DNA from: Ranitomeya imitator
Taxonomy: Eukaryota
Length of the DNA: 64,000 nucleotides
Direction: 5' to 3'
Assembly: GCF_032444005.1 (NCBI RefSeq)
Contig: NC_091288.1
Span: forward strand, 217,062,001 to 217,126,000
How positions within the stretch are numbered: position 1 is the stretch's first letter; each line of letters opens with the position of its first letter. The notes under the pieces are model-generated. The model had not been told where the DNA came from, searched no databases, and saw only the letters and a program-made list of their open reading frames with translations. Of the stretch, positions 37,490 to 50,500 are shown piece by piece. The position numbers and the translations under genes were made by a program.

Positions 37490-40400
37490 GATCCAAACCT
37501 TCGTACATGTACGCAGTGCACCATCCAAACCTTCATACATGTACAGTGCATAATCCAAACCTTCATACAGAGTGCACCATCCAAACCTTCATACATGTAC
37601 ACAGTGCACCATCCAAACCATCATACATATACACAGTGCACCATCCAAACCTTCATACACATACACAGTGCACCATCCAAACCTTCATACATATACACAG
37701 TGCACCATCCAAACCATCATACATATACACAGTGCACCATCCAAACCTTCATACACATACACAGTGCACCATCCAAACCTTCATACACAGTGCACCATCC
37801 AAACCTTCATACACAGTGCACCATCCAAACCATCATACATGTACGCAGTGCACCATCCAAACCATCATACATATACACAGTGCACCATCCAAACCATCAT
37901 ACATATACACAGTGCACCATCCAAACCTTCATACACATACACAGTGCACCATCCAAACCTTCATACACATACACAGTGCACCATCCAAACCATCATACAT
38001 ATACACAGTGCACCATCCAAACCATCATACATATACACAGTGCACCATCCAAACCTTCATACACAGTGCACCATCCAAACCATCATACATATACACAGTG
38101 CACCATCCAAACCTTCATACATGTACAGTGCATAATCCAAACCTTCATACAGAGTGCACCATCCAAACCTTCATACATGTACACAGTGCACCATCCAAAC
38201 CATCATACATGTACACAGTGCACCATCCAAACCATCATACATATACACAGTGCACCATCCAAACCTTCATACACATACACAGTGCACCATCCAAACCTTC
38301 ATACACATACACAGTGCACCATCCAAACCATCATACATATACACAGTGCACCATCCAAACCTTCATACACATACACAGTGCACCATCCAAACCTTCATAC
38401 ACAGTGCACCATCCAAACCTTCATACACAGTGCACCATCCAAACCTTCATACATGTACGCAGTGCACCATCCAAACCATCATACATATACACAGTGCACC
38501 ATCCAAACCATCATACATATACACAGTGCACCATCCAAACCTTCATACACATACACAGTGCACCATCCAAACCTTCATACACATACACAGTGCACCATCC
38601 AAACCATCATACATATACACAGTGCACCATCCAAACCTTCATACACAGTGCACCATCCAAACCATCATACATATACACAGTGCACCATCCAAACCATCAT
38701 ACATATACACAGTGCACCATCCAAACCTTCATACACAGTGCACCATCCAAACCTTCATACACGTACACAGTGCACCATCCAAACCTTCATACACAGTGCA
38801 CCATCCAAACCTTCATACACAGTGCACCATCCAAACCATCATACATATACACAGTGCACCATCCAAACCTTCATACACATACACAGTGCACCATCCAAAC
38901 CTTCATACACATACACAGTGCACCATCCAAACCATCATACATATACACAGTGCACCATCCAAACCTTCATACACAGTGCACCATCCAAACCTTCATACAC
39001 AGTGCACCATCCAAACCTTCATACACGTACACAGTGCACCATCCAAACCTTCATACACAGTGCACCATCCAAACCTTCATACACAGTGCACCATCCAAAC
39101 CATCATACATATACACAGTGCACCATCCAAACCTTCATACACATACACAGTGCACCATCCAAACCTTCATACACATACACAGTGCACCATCCAAACCATC
39201 ATACATATACACAGTGCACCATCCAAACCTTCATACACATACACAGTGCACCATCCAAACCTTCATACACAGTGCACCATCCAAACCTTCATACACAGTG
39301 CACCATCCAAACCATCATACATGTACGCAGTGCACCATCCAAACCATCATACATATACACAGTGCACCATCCAAACCATCATACATATACACAGTGCACC
39401 ATCCAAACCTTCATACACATACACAGTGCACCATCCAAACCTTCATACACATACACAGTGCACCATCCAAACCATCATACATATACACAGTGCACCATCC
39501 AAACCTTCATACACAGTGCACCATCCAAACCATCATACATATACACAGTGCACCATCCAAACCATCATACATATACACAGTGCACCATCCAAACCATCAT
39601 ACATATACACAGTGCACCATCCAAACCTTCATACACAGTGCACCATCCAAACCTTCATACACGTACACAGTGCACCATCCAAACCTTCATACACAGTGCA
39701 CCATCCAAACCTTCATACACGTACACAGTGCACCATCCAAACCTTCATACACAGTGCACCATCCAAACCTTCATACACAGTGCACCATCCAAACCATCAT
39801 ACATATACACAGTGCACCATCCAAACCTTCATACACATACACAGTGCACCATCCAAACCTTCATACACATACACAGTGCACCATCCAAACCATCATACAT
39901 ATACACAGTGCACCATCCAAACCTTCATACACAGTGCACCATCCAAACCTTCATACACAGTGCACCATCCAAACCTTCATACACAGTGCACCATCCAAAC
40001 CATCATACATATACACAGTGCACCATCCAAACCTTCATACACATACACAGTGCACCATCCAAACCTTCATACACATACACAGTGCACCATCCAAACCATC
40101 ATACATATACACAGTGCACCATCCAAACCTTCATACACATACACAGTGCACCATCCAAACCTTCATACACAGTGCACCATCCAAACATCATACATATACA
40201 CAGTGCACCATCCAAACCATCATACATATACACAGTGCACCATCCAAACCTTCATACACAGTGCACCATCCAAACCTTCATACACAGTGCACCATCCAAA
40301 CCTTCATACACATAACAGTGCACCATCCAAACCATCATACACGTACACAGTGCACCATCCAAACCTTCATACACAGTGCACCATCCAAACCTTCATACAC

Positions 40401-42965
40401 AGTGCACCATCCAAACCTTCATACACATACAGTGCACCATCCAAACCTTCATACATGTGCACCATCCAAACCTTCATACACATACACAGTGCACCATCAA
40501 CACCATAATACGTGTGCACATTGCACCATCCAAACCTTCATACATGTACACAGTGCACCATCCAAACCTTCATACACATACAGTGCACAATCCAAACCTT
40601 CATACAGAGTGCACCATCCAAACCATCATACATATACACAGTGCACCATCCAAACCTTCATACACATACAGTGCACCATCCAAACCTTCATACATGTACA
40701 GTGCATAATCCAAACCTTCATACAGAGTGCACCATCCAAACCATCATACATATACACAGTGCACCATCCAAACCTTCATACATGTACAGTGCATAATCCA
40801 AACCTTCATACAGAGTGCACCATCCAAACCTTCATACACATACACAGTGCACCATCCAAACCATCATACATATACACAGTGCACCATCCAAACCATCATA
40901 CATGTACGCAGTGCACCATCCAAACCATCATACATGTACGCAGTGCACCATCCAAACCATCATACATATACACAGTGCACCATCCAAACCATCATACATA
41001 TACACAGTGCACCATTCAAACCTTCATACACATACACAGTGCACCATCCAAACCTTCATACACATACACAGTGCACCATCCAAACCTTCATACACATACA
41101 CAGTGCACCATCCAAACCTTCATACACATACACAGTGCACCATCCAAACCTTCATACACATACACAGTGCACCATCCAAACCTTCATACACATACACAGT
41201 GCACCATCCAAACCATCATACATATACACAGTGCACCATTCAAACCTTCATACACAGTGCACCATCCAAACCTTCATACACAGTGCACCATCCAAACCTT
41301 CATACACATACAGTGCACAATCCAAACCTTCATACACATAACAGTGCACCATCCAAACCTTCATACATGTGCACCGTGCACCATCAACACCATAATACGT
41401 GTGCACATTGCACCATCCAAACCTTCATACATGTACACATTGCACCATCCAAACCTTCATACACATACAGTGCACCATCCAAACCTTCATACACATACAG
41501 TGCACAATCCAAACCTTCATACACATACACAGTGCACCATCCAAACCTTCATACATGTGCACCATCCAAACCTTCATACACATACACAGTGCACCATCAA
41601 CACCATAATACGTGTGCACATTGCACCATCCAAACCATCATACATATACACAGTGCACCATCCAAACCTTCATACACATACAGTGCACCATCCAAACCTT
41701 CATACACATACAGTGCACAATCCAAACCTTCATACACATAACAGTGCACCATCCAAACCTTCATACACAGTGCACCATCCAAACCTTCATACACAGTGCA
41801 CCATCCAAACCTTCATACACATACAGTGCACCATCCAAACCTTCATACACATACAGTGCACCATCTAAACCTTCATACATGTGCACCATCCAAACCTTCA
41901 TACACATACACAGTGCACCATCAACACCATAATACGTGTGCACATTGCACCATCCAAACCTTCATACACATACAGTGCACCATCCAAACCTTCATACACA
42001 TACAGTGCACAATCCAAACCTTCATACACATACACAGTGCACCATCCAAACCTTCATACATGTGCACCATCCAAACCTTCATACACATACACAGTGCACC
42101 ATCAACACCATAATACGTGTGCACAGTGCACCATCCAAACCTTCATACATGTACGCAGTGCACCATCCAAGCCTTCATACATGTACGCAGTGCACCATCC
42201 AAACCTTCATACACATACGCAGTGCACCATCCAAGCCTTCATACATGTACACAGTGCACCATCCAAACCTTCATACACATACAGTGCACCATCCAAACCT
42301 TCATACATGTACTCAGTGCACCATTTATGCAGTTCAATATCCAAACTGCCAGAGATGAAGCCCCTGATATATGCACAGTTCACAACCCAAACCTCTAAAG
42401 CATACATACTGTAGTGCTCCATCCAAAACCTCAAATACATACATAGTGCACCATCAACACCATAATACGTGTGCACAGTGCACCATCCAAACCTTCATAC
42501 ATGTACACATTGAACCATCCAAGCCTTCATACATGTACACAGTGCACCATCCAAGCCTTCATACATGTACACAGTGCACCATCCAAGCCTTCATACATGT
42601 ACACAGTGCACCATCCAAGCCTTCATACATGTACGCAGTGCACCATCCAAACCTTCATACACATACACAGTGCACCATCCAAACCTTCATACATGTACTC
42701 AGTGCACCATCCAAACCTTCATACACATACACAGTGCACCATCCAAGCCTTCATACATGTACACAGTGCACCATCCAAACCTTCATACACATACAGTGCA
42801 CCATCCAAACCTTCATACATGTACTCAGTGCACCATTTATGCAGTTCAATATCCAAACTGCCAGAGATGAAGCCCCTGATATATGCACAGTTCACAACCC
42901 AAACCTCTAAAGCATACATACTGTAGTGCTCCATCCAAAACCTCAAATACATACATAGTGCACCG
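37490..42965. repeat. 5.5-kb minisatellite of 26/30/32-bp variant units in LAT intron 7
   Basis: CAGTGCACCATCCAAACC(T/A)TCATACA(CATACA). The unit has no + strand stop codon, which explains the long spurious ORFs. Confidence 0.97.
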
Positions 42966-43140
42966 TCCACACATTCATGCATCAAAGACACAGTCCCAAA
43001 TCTTTTTTTTAATCTAAGACTATTCATCCATCCCACCACTTCAACAAATGAACAGATCACTAGATGTAGGCTTCATTCATCATTGTAACACCTTCACCCC
43101 TCATCCTTATACTAATGCCCTACACTTTATACCCATCCAG

Positions 43141-43229
43141 TGTGGTACTACCAGACGACGGGGCCACTAATCTTGGACCTGCGCTGGTGGTTACATGCGA
43201 TGTGGACAACAGAGCGAGCCTCTCCTCAG
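43141..43229 (+). CDS. LAT: LAT coding exon 8 (VVLPDDGATNLGPALVVTCDVDNRASLSS)
   Basis: acccatccAG acceptor, GTACGA donor, phase 2 to 1. Completes GYI-VVLPD, matching human GYL-VVLPD (PLC-gamma1 site Y132). Confidence 0.9.
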
Positions 43230-43319
43230 GTACGAGAACGTTCTGTCATCTATCAGGGAGAAAGGTTTGGACCAAACCATTTCTGAGGCCTCTGATTATA
43301 CCTTGTTTTTGTTTCGCAG

Positions 43320-43370
43320 TGGGCACCGATGAAAATTATGTAAATGTCGGCAATTCTGATGACACAAAGG
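43320..43370 (+). CDS. LAT: LAT coding exon 9 (VGTDENYVNVGNSDDTK), YVNV no. 1
   Basis: ttgtttttgtttcgcAG acceptor, GTAAGG donor, phase 1 to 1. Confidence 0.9.
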
Positions 43371-43580
43371 GTAAGGGGAACGTTAATAACGGCATTTCCT
43401 CAAGATGTGGTCTGAAATTAGCACTTAACGCAAAATGTTGAAAATTGGTTTGGAAAGTTTAGCGTTCCAACACCTGGTGATAGGCACAGAACCAGAAATC
43501 TACCAGAGATGATTGGCTACCGATCTTGTTCTTGCTTCTATGGACCTATCTTGTAATAATTTCCATTATTCTGTTTTCAG

Positions 43581-43634
43581 CACCTTCCATCGATGGCAAC
43601 TACGTTAACGTCGGAGATGCGAGTGATATCAAGG
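43581..43634 (+). CDS. LAT: LAT coding exon 10 (APSIDGNYVNVGDASDIK), YVNV no. 2
   Basis: ttattctgttttcAG acceptor, GTATTT donor, phase 1 to 1. Confidence 0.85.
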
Positions 43635-43719
43635 GTATTTATATTATAGATATGCGTCAGGAAAGGCAATTGTGGGAGAAGAGGTCAGACACATGGGGAA
43701 AAGGGCAGGAGAATTAAGT

Positions 43720-44640
43720 ATGAAGGATGCTTAAAATGTTGGTTGAAATTCAATGGTGATGGTTATTGAGGAGGAGTTTGTGGAGACTGATGAAGGATAA
43801 GATATGAAAAAGGATCAGGAATGGAAGAGAAGGTTGGAAAGACTGGTGAAGAATATGGCATGGAAGAGTGGAGATATGCTGCTACGGTCAAGGTCAGTTA
43901 TGTGGTCAAAGAACTGTTAATGAGGAGGAGGCTGGATAAATTGGTTAACGACCTAAAATGGAAGAAGAGGTTGGATAGCTTAGTCAGAAATCTGTTATAG
44001 AACTTGGAGGTTGAATAGATTGGTAAAGAATCATGTATGGAAGAGTAAAATGGATAGATTGGTCAAGGATCACACATGGAAGAGGTGGATTGATAGTTTG
44101 GTTAAAGGTCAGATATGGAGGAGATGGTTAGATAAAAAGTCTAAGAATCATATATGGAAGATGTAATTCGTTAAATCAGTCAGTGTTAGGTATGGAAAAG
44201 GAGGTTGGATAGACTGGTCAAAAATTAGGCATGGAATACTGGAAATATGTCAGTATGGTCAAGGTTAAGTATGGCAGAGGAGGAGAAATACAGAGGTCAA
44301 GGATCAGTTTTTGAAGAGTAGGTTTGATAGATTGGTCAAGGATCAGGAACTGCAGAGAAGGTTAGATATAAATGTCAAGGATCTGATTTAGAATGATGGC
44401 CAAGAATCAAATGGGGAGAAGGAGGTTAGATCAAGACCATTCAAAGTCTGGCATGGAAGATGGGTTTAGATAGATTGGTCAAGGTTCAGGTATGGAAGAA
44501 GAGGTTGAATAGACCAAACAAGGTCAGGTGTGGAAGAGGAAGTTATATATAGGCTGTTCAAGGTCAGGTGTGGAAGAGGAGGTTATATAGGCTGTCCAGG
44601 GTAAGGTGTGGTGGAGGAGGCTAATTAGGTGGCTAAAATT
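43720..44640. repeat. Highly degenerate minisatellite (about 39-bp units) in LAT intron 10
   Basis: Recurring GGTCAAGG.TCAGGT.TGGAAGAGGAGGTT.GATAGA.T. Confidence 0.7.
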
Positions 44641-45032
44641 ATAGAGTTGATGGTTAAATAAATTGCTGAAAAAATAAAGAAACTTAGAGTTGTCCATCTA
44701 GTTTTTATTTGGCTCTTGGCTATTTCCCGGGGCCTTCTCATTGGAATGCATAATTTTTTGTTTAGCCAAGAGGTAACATGATGAAATCCAGCACACCGAT
44801 CAATTTTAGTGTTAGGAGATCCTGATATACATTAGATCCTTGGCAAATTTCACTACATTTCACAATATGTCAGGCGTGACTGGAGAGTTTAGACCTATTA
44901 AGGAAGGATCACATATTGGTTTACTAAGTGGCAGAAGGATTATATCCAGATAAGACGAGTGGCAGGACTTGCCAGAATAGGATGATGCTCGGATACATTG
45001 AATGCGTCAAACGTTAAACTCTCTTCTCGTAG

Positions 45033-45095
45033 GAGAAAGTCTGGAGTATGTGAATGTAGAAGATGCCGAAACCCACTCCGCTTCCATTAATCAGG
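45033..45095 (+). CDS. LAT: LAT coding exon 11 (GESLEYVNVEDAETHSASINQ), YVNV no. 3
   Basis: ctctcttctcgtAG acceptor, GTAGGT donor, phase 1 to 1. SLEYVNV resembles human SREYVNV (Y191). Confidence 0.88.
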
Positions 45096-45222
45096 GTAGG
45101 TTTTCGGGAAGGTACTAGGTAGGTGGAATGTCCTCAGGTCTTAGATGAACATGCTAGTGAGCAAATTTAGGTTATAAAATATTTCCAAACTATGAATTAT
45201 TTGCTTGCTCTGTTTTCTACAG

Positions 45223-45308
45223 GGGAAAAAAAACATCTTGCATTATGTCTTACAGAGAGTGAAGATGATGACATTCCCGAATATGAAAACATTGAGAAAG
45301 TGCATTAA
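45223..45308 (+). CDS. LAT: LAT last coding exon (GEKKHLALCLTESEDDDIPEYENIEKVH*)
   Basis: tgctctgttttctacAG acceptor, with an in-frame alternative AG at 45254-55. PEYENI resembles human PDYENL. TAA at 45306-08, followed by a GT donor at 45310. Confidence 0.88.
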
Positions 45309-45482
45309 GGTATATAAGTAACCCTCTAGTCTTGAGTTGGGGGGCAATGGCCAACTCGTTGTCTCATCTTGTCAAATATTATATCTGGGGATGTTTACTA
45401 TCTCCATCCTCTACATGTCTTCCAGGTTAGGACTCCATCCTTGCTGAAGGACAGGCCTTTATTTTTTATTTTTTTTTTTCAG

Positions 45483-46360
45483 ACAACTGACCCCCAATAT
45501 TCCCTGCCTGGACCCAATAGGAAGTCTTCTTGATGGACCTTTTATGCCTTAGGTTGACCTGTTAACTACGTTTCTTGAGTCCTATCTTTGGGATGACCTC
45601 CTCTTGCCCTTACTGGACTATTCTACATTGAGTTTCTAGGTTGAACTGGATCCCATTATAATTCCCAACCAATCCTTGATGAACCTGAGATGAATCATGA
45701 GTCATTTGAACATAGATGAAGATGGGATCTGACCCTTGGAAAACTCATAATGAATATTTTTCTTTTCTAATTTACTCTTTTTTTTTTTTTTTTTTTTTGT
45801 TTTCTGAAGAAATAAGATGCCACCAAACTGGTGTCAGACACGTTTACAAAAATATTAGATACATCTAGAAGACATCGGAATAGTTCCTAGACATCACGTA
45901 AGAAAGTGGAATGGAACTATTGGAATCCTGTGGTGGAAATGGTTGGAGACCACTAATCTAACCTGAGACATATATATGGTAGTGCATGTTTTTGTTATTT
46001 ATACCTTGTAGATATTTTTATGTTTTCCTTCCATATCTTGCTGGCCAGAGCCTGAGATGTTTGCCTCTTCTATGATCATGGACCTGTAGCTGAAGAACGT
46101 GATAATTTGGTGCCACTGTAGATGCTCAAGATGAGACTCCTTGTGTCTGTAGTAATAGGCCTACAACATGTATAAGCTGACACAAACTCCTCACAATAAT
46201 TAAACTCTTTCCCCCATTATCCTATGATGATATTCCTGAGAAAATGTAAAGATAATCTTTGTGGGGAGTGACCGAAATGCATCCGACACGTTTTATATGA
46301 CGACTTATTTATTTCTTTTATTCTAGTATTTCTACTGTTCATTTTATTATGTTATTAAAG
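45483..46360 (+). other. LAT: Candidate LAT 3' UTR exon
   Basis: T-rich tract and AG at 45481-82; ATTAAA near 46199 and 46354. The 3' end is a guess. Confidence 0.35.
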
Positions 46361-47535
46361 GCTTTGATATCAACCCAAGGGTCCAATCATTTCCTACATA
46401 TTTGCATCTGTTCGAGTGTCAATTGCCTGGTTTATGGCGAAGGGGCAAATTTCGGGTTACACTATGGGCAGTGTTGGAGTATAGAAATTGGTTGAGGGAT
46501 GGAATTTGGCTAGGATTAGGCCGGTCATCCAACAGTTCATTGGGGTCACACACGTCTCCCCAGACGTCCCTGATGCATGCGAATGTCAGACTGAATGTTT
46601 ATGTATTCTCCATGGAAGAGCGGAGGGTTTCCTGAGGAAACAATCGAGTAGAGCGTTGATTTTCAACCGGTCATTCCTTCTCTCCATCAATATCATCTGT
46701 TGGGGGAAGAGTCAGGAGATCCACATTAACGATAGATGGTTGGCCGGCACCACCGATACCGACGGGTTCAGCAGATTTTAATGTGTATGGGAGGATTTGG
46801 TGTTGACCTATAGATTGAATTAGGGCTGGGAGATATAGAGGGGTTTACGGTTTGACCAGAGTTAGAAGTGGTTTGAGGGCCGATTGTTATGTCTGCTAAT
46901 GAAAGGTGTAATGAAGGCAATCCAGAGACACAGTGTGCCTAGCAATCAGAGCGCACACAGTGATCTGACAAATACCCAAAAACAAAGAACGAGCTCTGAG
47001 ACGTGGAAACTCTGTAGACTGCACACCTACCTATGCTAAACACAACTAAAAGCGGCTGTGGATTGCGCCTAGCAACTACCTATGCAACTCGGCACAGCCT
47101 AAGAAACTAGCTAGCCTGAAGATAGAAAAATAGGCCTGACTTGCCCCCAGAGAAATACCCCAAAGGAAAAGGCAGCCCCCCACATATAATGACTGTGAGT
47201 AAGATGAAAAGACAAAACGTAGGGATGAAATAGATTCAGCAAAGTGGGGCCCGATAATCTTAGACAGAGCGAGGATAGTAAAGCGAACTTTGCAGTCTAC
47301 AAAAAACCCTAAAGCAAAAACCACGCAAAGGGGGCAAAAAAGACCCACCGTGCCGAACTAACGGCACGGCGGTACACCCTTTGCTTCTCAGAGCTACCAG
47401 CAAAACAAAAGACAAGCTGGACAGAAAAAAAGCAACAAAAAAGCACTTAGCTATACAGAGCAGCAGGTCACAGGAACAAGCAGAAGAAGCTCAGATCCAA
47501 CACTGGAACATTGACAAGGAGCAGGGATAGCAGCA

Positions 47536-50500
47536 TCAGGCGGAGTTAAGTAACGAAGCAGTTAACGAGCTCACCAGAACACCTGAGGAAAGAAGCTCAG
47601 AAGCTGCAGTACCACTTGTGACCACAGGAGTGAATTCAGCCACAGAATTCACAACAGTACCCCCCCCTTGAGGAGGGGTCACCGAACCCTCACCAGAGCC
47701 CCCAGGCCGACCAGGATGAGCCGCATGAAAGGCACGAACAAGATCGGGAGCATGAACATCAGAGGCAAAAACCCAGGAATTATCTTCCTGAGCATAACCC
47801 TTCCATTTAACCAGATACTGGAGTTTCCGTCTAGAAACACGAGAATCCAAAATCTTCTCCACAATATACTCCAATTCCCCCTCCACCAAAACCGGGGCAG
47901 GAGGCTCAACAGATGGAACCATAGGTGCCACGTATCTCCGCAACAACGACCTATGGAATACATTATGTATGGAAAAGGAGTCTGGGAGGGTCAAACGAAA
48001 AGACACAGGATTGAGAACCTCAGAAATCCTATACGGACCAATAAAACGAGGTTTAAATTTAGGAGAGGAAACCTTCATAGGAATATGACGAGAAGATAAC
48101 CAAACCAGATCCCCAACACGAAGTCGGGGACCCACACGGCGTCTGCGATTAGCGAAAAGTTGAGCCTTCTCCTGGGACAAGGTCAAATTGTCCACTACCT
48201 GAGTCCAGATCTGCTGCAACCTGTCCACCACAGAATCCACACCAGGACAGTCCGAAGACTCAACCTGTCCTGAAGAGAAACGAGGATGGAACCCAGAATT
48301 GCAAAAAAATGGAGAAACCAAGGTAGCCGAGCTGGCCCGATTATTAAGGGCGAACTCAGCCAACGGCAAAAAGGACACCCAATCATCCTGGTCAGCAGAA
48401 ACAAAACATCTCAGATAAGTTTCCAAGGTCTGATTGGTTCGTTCGGTCTGGCCATTAGTTTGAGGATGGAAAGCCGAGGAAAAGGATAGGTCAATGCCCA
48501 TCCTACCACAAAAGGCTCGCCAAAACCTTGAAACAAACTGGGAACCTCTGTCAGAAACAATATTCTCAGGAATGCCATGCAACCGAACCACATGCTGAAA
48601 GAACAAAGGTACCAAATCAGAGGAGGAAGGCAATTTAGCCAAGGGCACCAGATGGACCATTTTAGAAAAGCGATCACAGACCACCCAAATGACTGACATC
48701 TTTTGAGAAACGGGAAGGTCAGAAATGAAATCCATCGAAATATGTGTCCAAGGCCTCCTTGGGACCGGCAAGGGCAAAAGCAACCCACTGGCACGAGAAC
48801 AGCAGGGCTTAGCCCTAGCACAAATCCCACAGGACTGCACAAAAGTACGTACATCCCGTGACAGAGATGGCCACCAGAAGGATCTAGCCACTAACTCTCT
48901 GGTACCAAAGATTCCAGGATGACCAGCCAACACCGAACAATGAAGTTCAGAGATAAGTTTATTAGTCCACCTATCAGGGACGAACAGTTTCTCCGCTGGA
49001 CAACGATCAGGTTTATTCGCCTGAAATTTTTGCAGCACCCGCCGCAAATCAGGGGAGATGGCAGACACAATGACTCCTTCCTTGAGGATACCCGCTGGCT
49101 CAGATAAACCCGGAGAGTCGGGCACAAAACTCCTAGACAGAGCATCCGCCTTCACATTTTTAGAGCCCGGAAGGTACGAAATCACAAAGTCGAAGCGGGC
49201 AAAAAATAACGACCAACGGGCCTGTCTAGGATTCAAGCGCTTGGCAGACTCGAGATAAGTCAAGTTCTTATGATCAGTCAATACCACCACGCGATGCTTA
49301 GCTCCTTCAAGCCAATGGCGCCATTCCTCGAATGCCCACTTCATGGCCAGCAACTCTCGGTTGCCCACATCATAATTACGCTCAGCGGGCGAAAACTTCC
49401 TGGAAAAGAAAGCACATGGTTTCATCACTGAGCAATCAGAACCTCTCTGTGACAAAACCGCCCCTGCTCCAATCTCAGAAGCATCAACCTCGACCTGGAA
49501 CGGAAGAGAAACATCTGGCTGACACAACACAGGGGCAGAACAAAAACGACGCTTCAATTCCTGAAAAGCTTCCACAGCAGCAGAAGACCAATTAACCAAA
49601 TCAGCACCCTTCTTGGTCAAATCTGTCAATGGTTTGGCAATGCTAGACAAATTACAGATGAAGCGACGATAAAAATTAGCAAAGCCCAGGAACTTTTGCA
49701 GACTTTTCAGAGATGTCGGCTGAATCCAATCCTGGATGGCTTGGACCTTAACTGGATCCATCTCGATAGTAGAAGGGGTAAAGATGAACCCCAAAAATGA
49801 AACTTTCTGCACACCGAAGAGACACTTAGATCCCTTCACAAACAAAGAATTAGCACGCAGGACCTGAAAAACCATTCTGACCTGCTTCACATGAGACTCC
49901 CAATCATCTGAGAAGATCAAAATGTCATCCAAGTAAACAATCAGGAATTTATCCAGATACTCACGGAAGATGTCATGCATAAAAGACTGAAACACAGATG
50001 GAGCATTGGCAAGTCCGAACGGCATCACTAGATACTCAAAATGACCCTCGGGCGTATTGAATGCAGTTTTCCATTCATCTCCCTGCCTGATTCTCACCAG
50101 ATTATACGCACCACGAAGATCTATCTTAGTGAACCAACTAGCCCCCTTAATCCGAGCAAACAAGTCAGATAACAATGGCAAGGGATACTGAAATTTAACA
50201 GTGATCTTATTAAGAAGGCGGTAATCAATACACGGTCTCAGCGAACCATCCTTCTTGGCTACAAAGAAGAACCCTGCTCCCAGTGGTGATGATGATGGGC
50301 GAATATGTCCCTTCTCCAGGGATTCCTTCACATAACTGCGCATAGCGGCGTGTTCGGGCACGGATAAATTAAATAATCGACCTTTAGGGAATTTACTACC
50401 AGGAATCAAATTGATAGCACAATCACAATCCCTATGCGGAGGTAGGGCATCGGACTTTGGCTCTTCAAATACATCCTGATAATCAGACAAGAACTCTGGG

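Noticed and set aside
37507-42926. Very long His/Thr-rich ORFs (up to 1453 aa)
   Set aside because: Translation of a 26/30/32-bp satellite that has no + strand stop; all three frames are open and it lies inside LAT intron 7.
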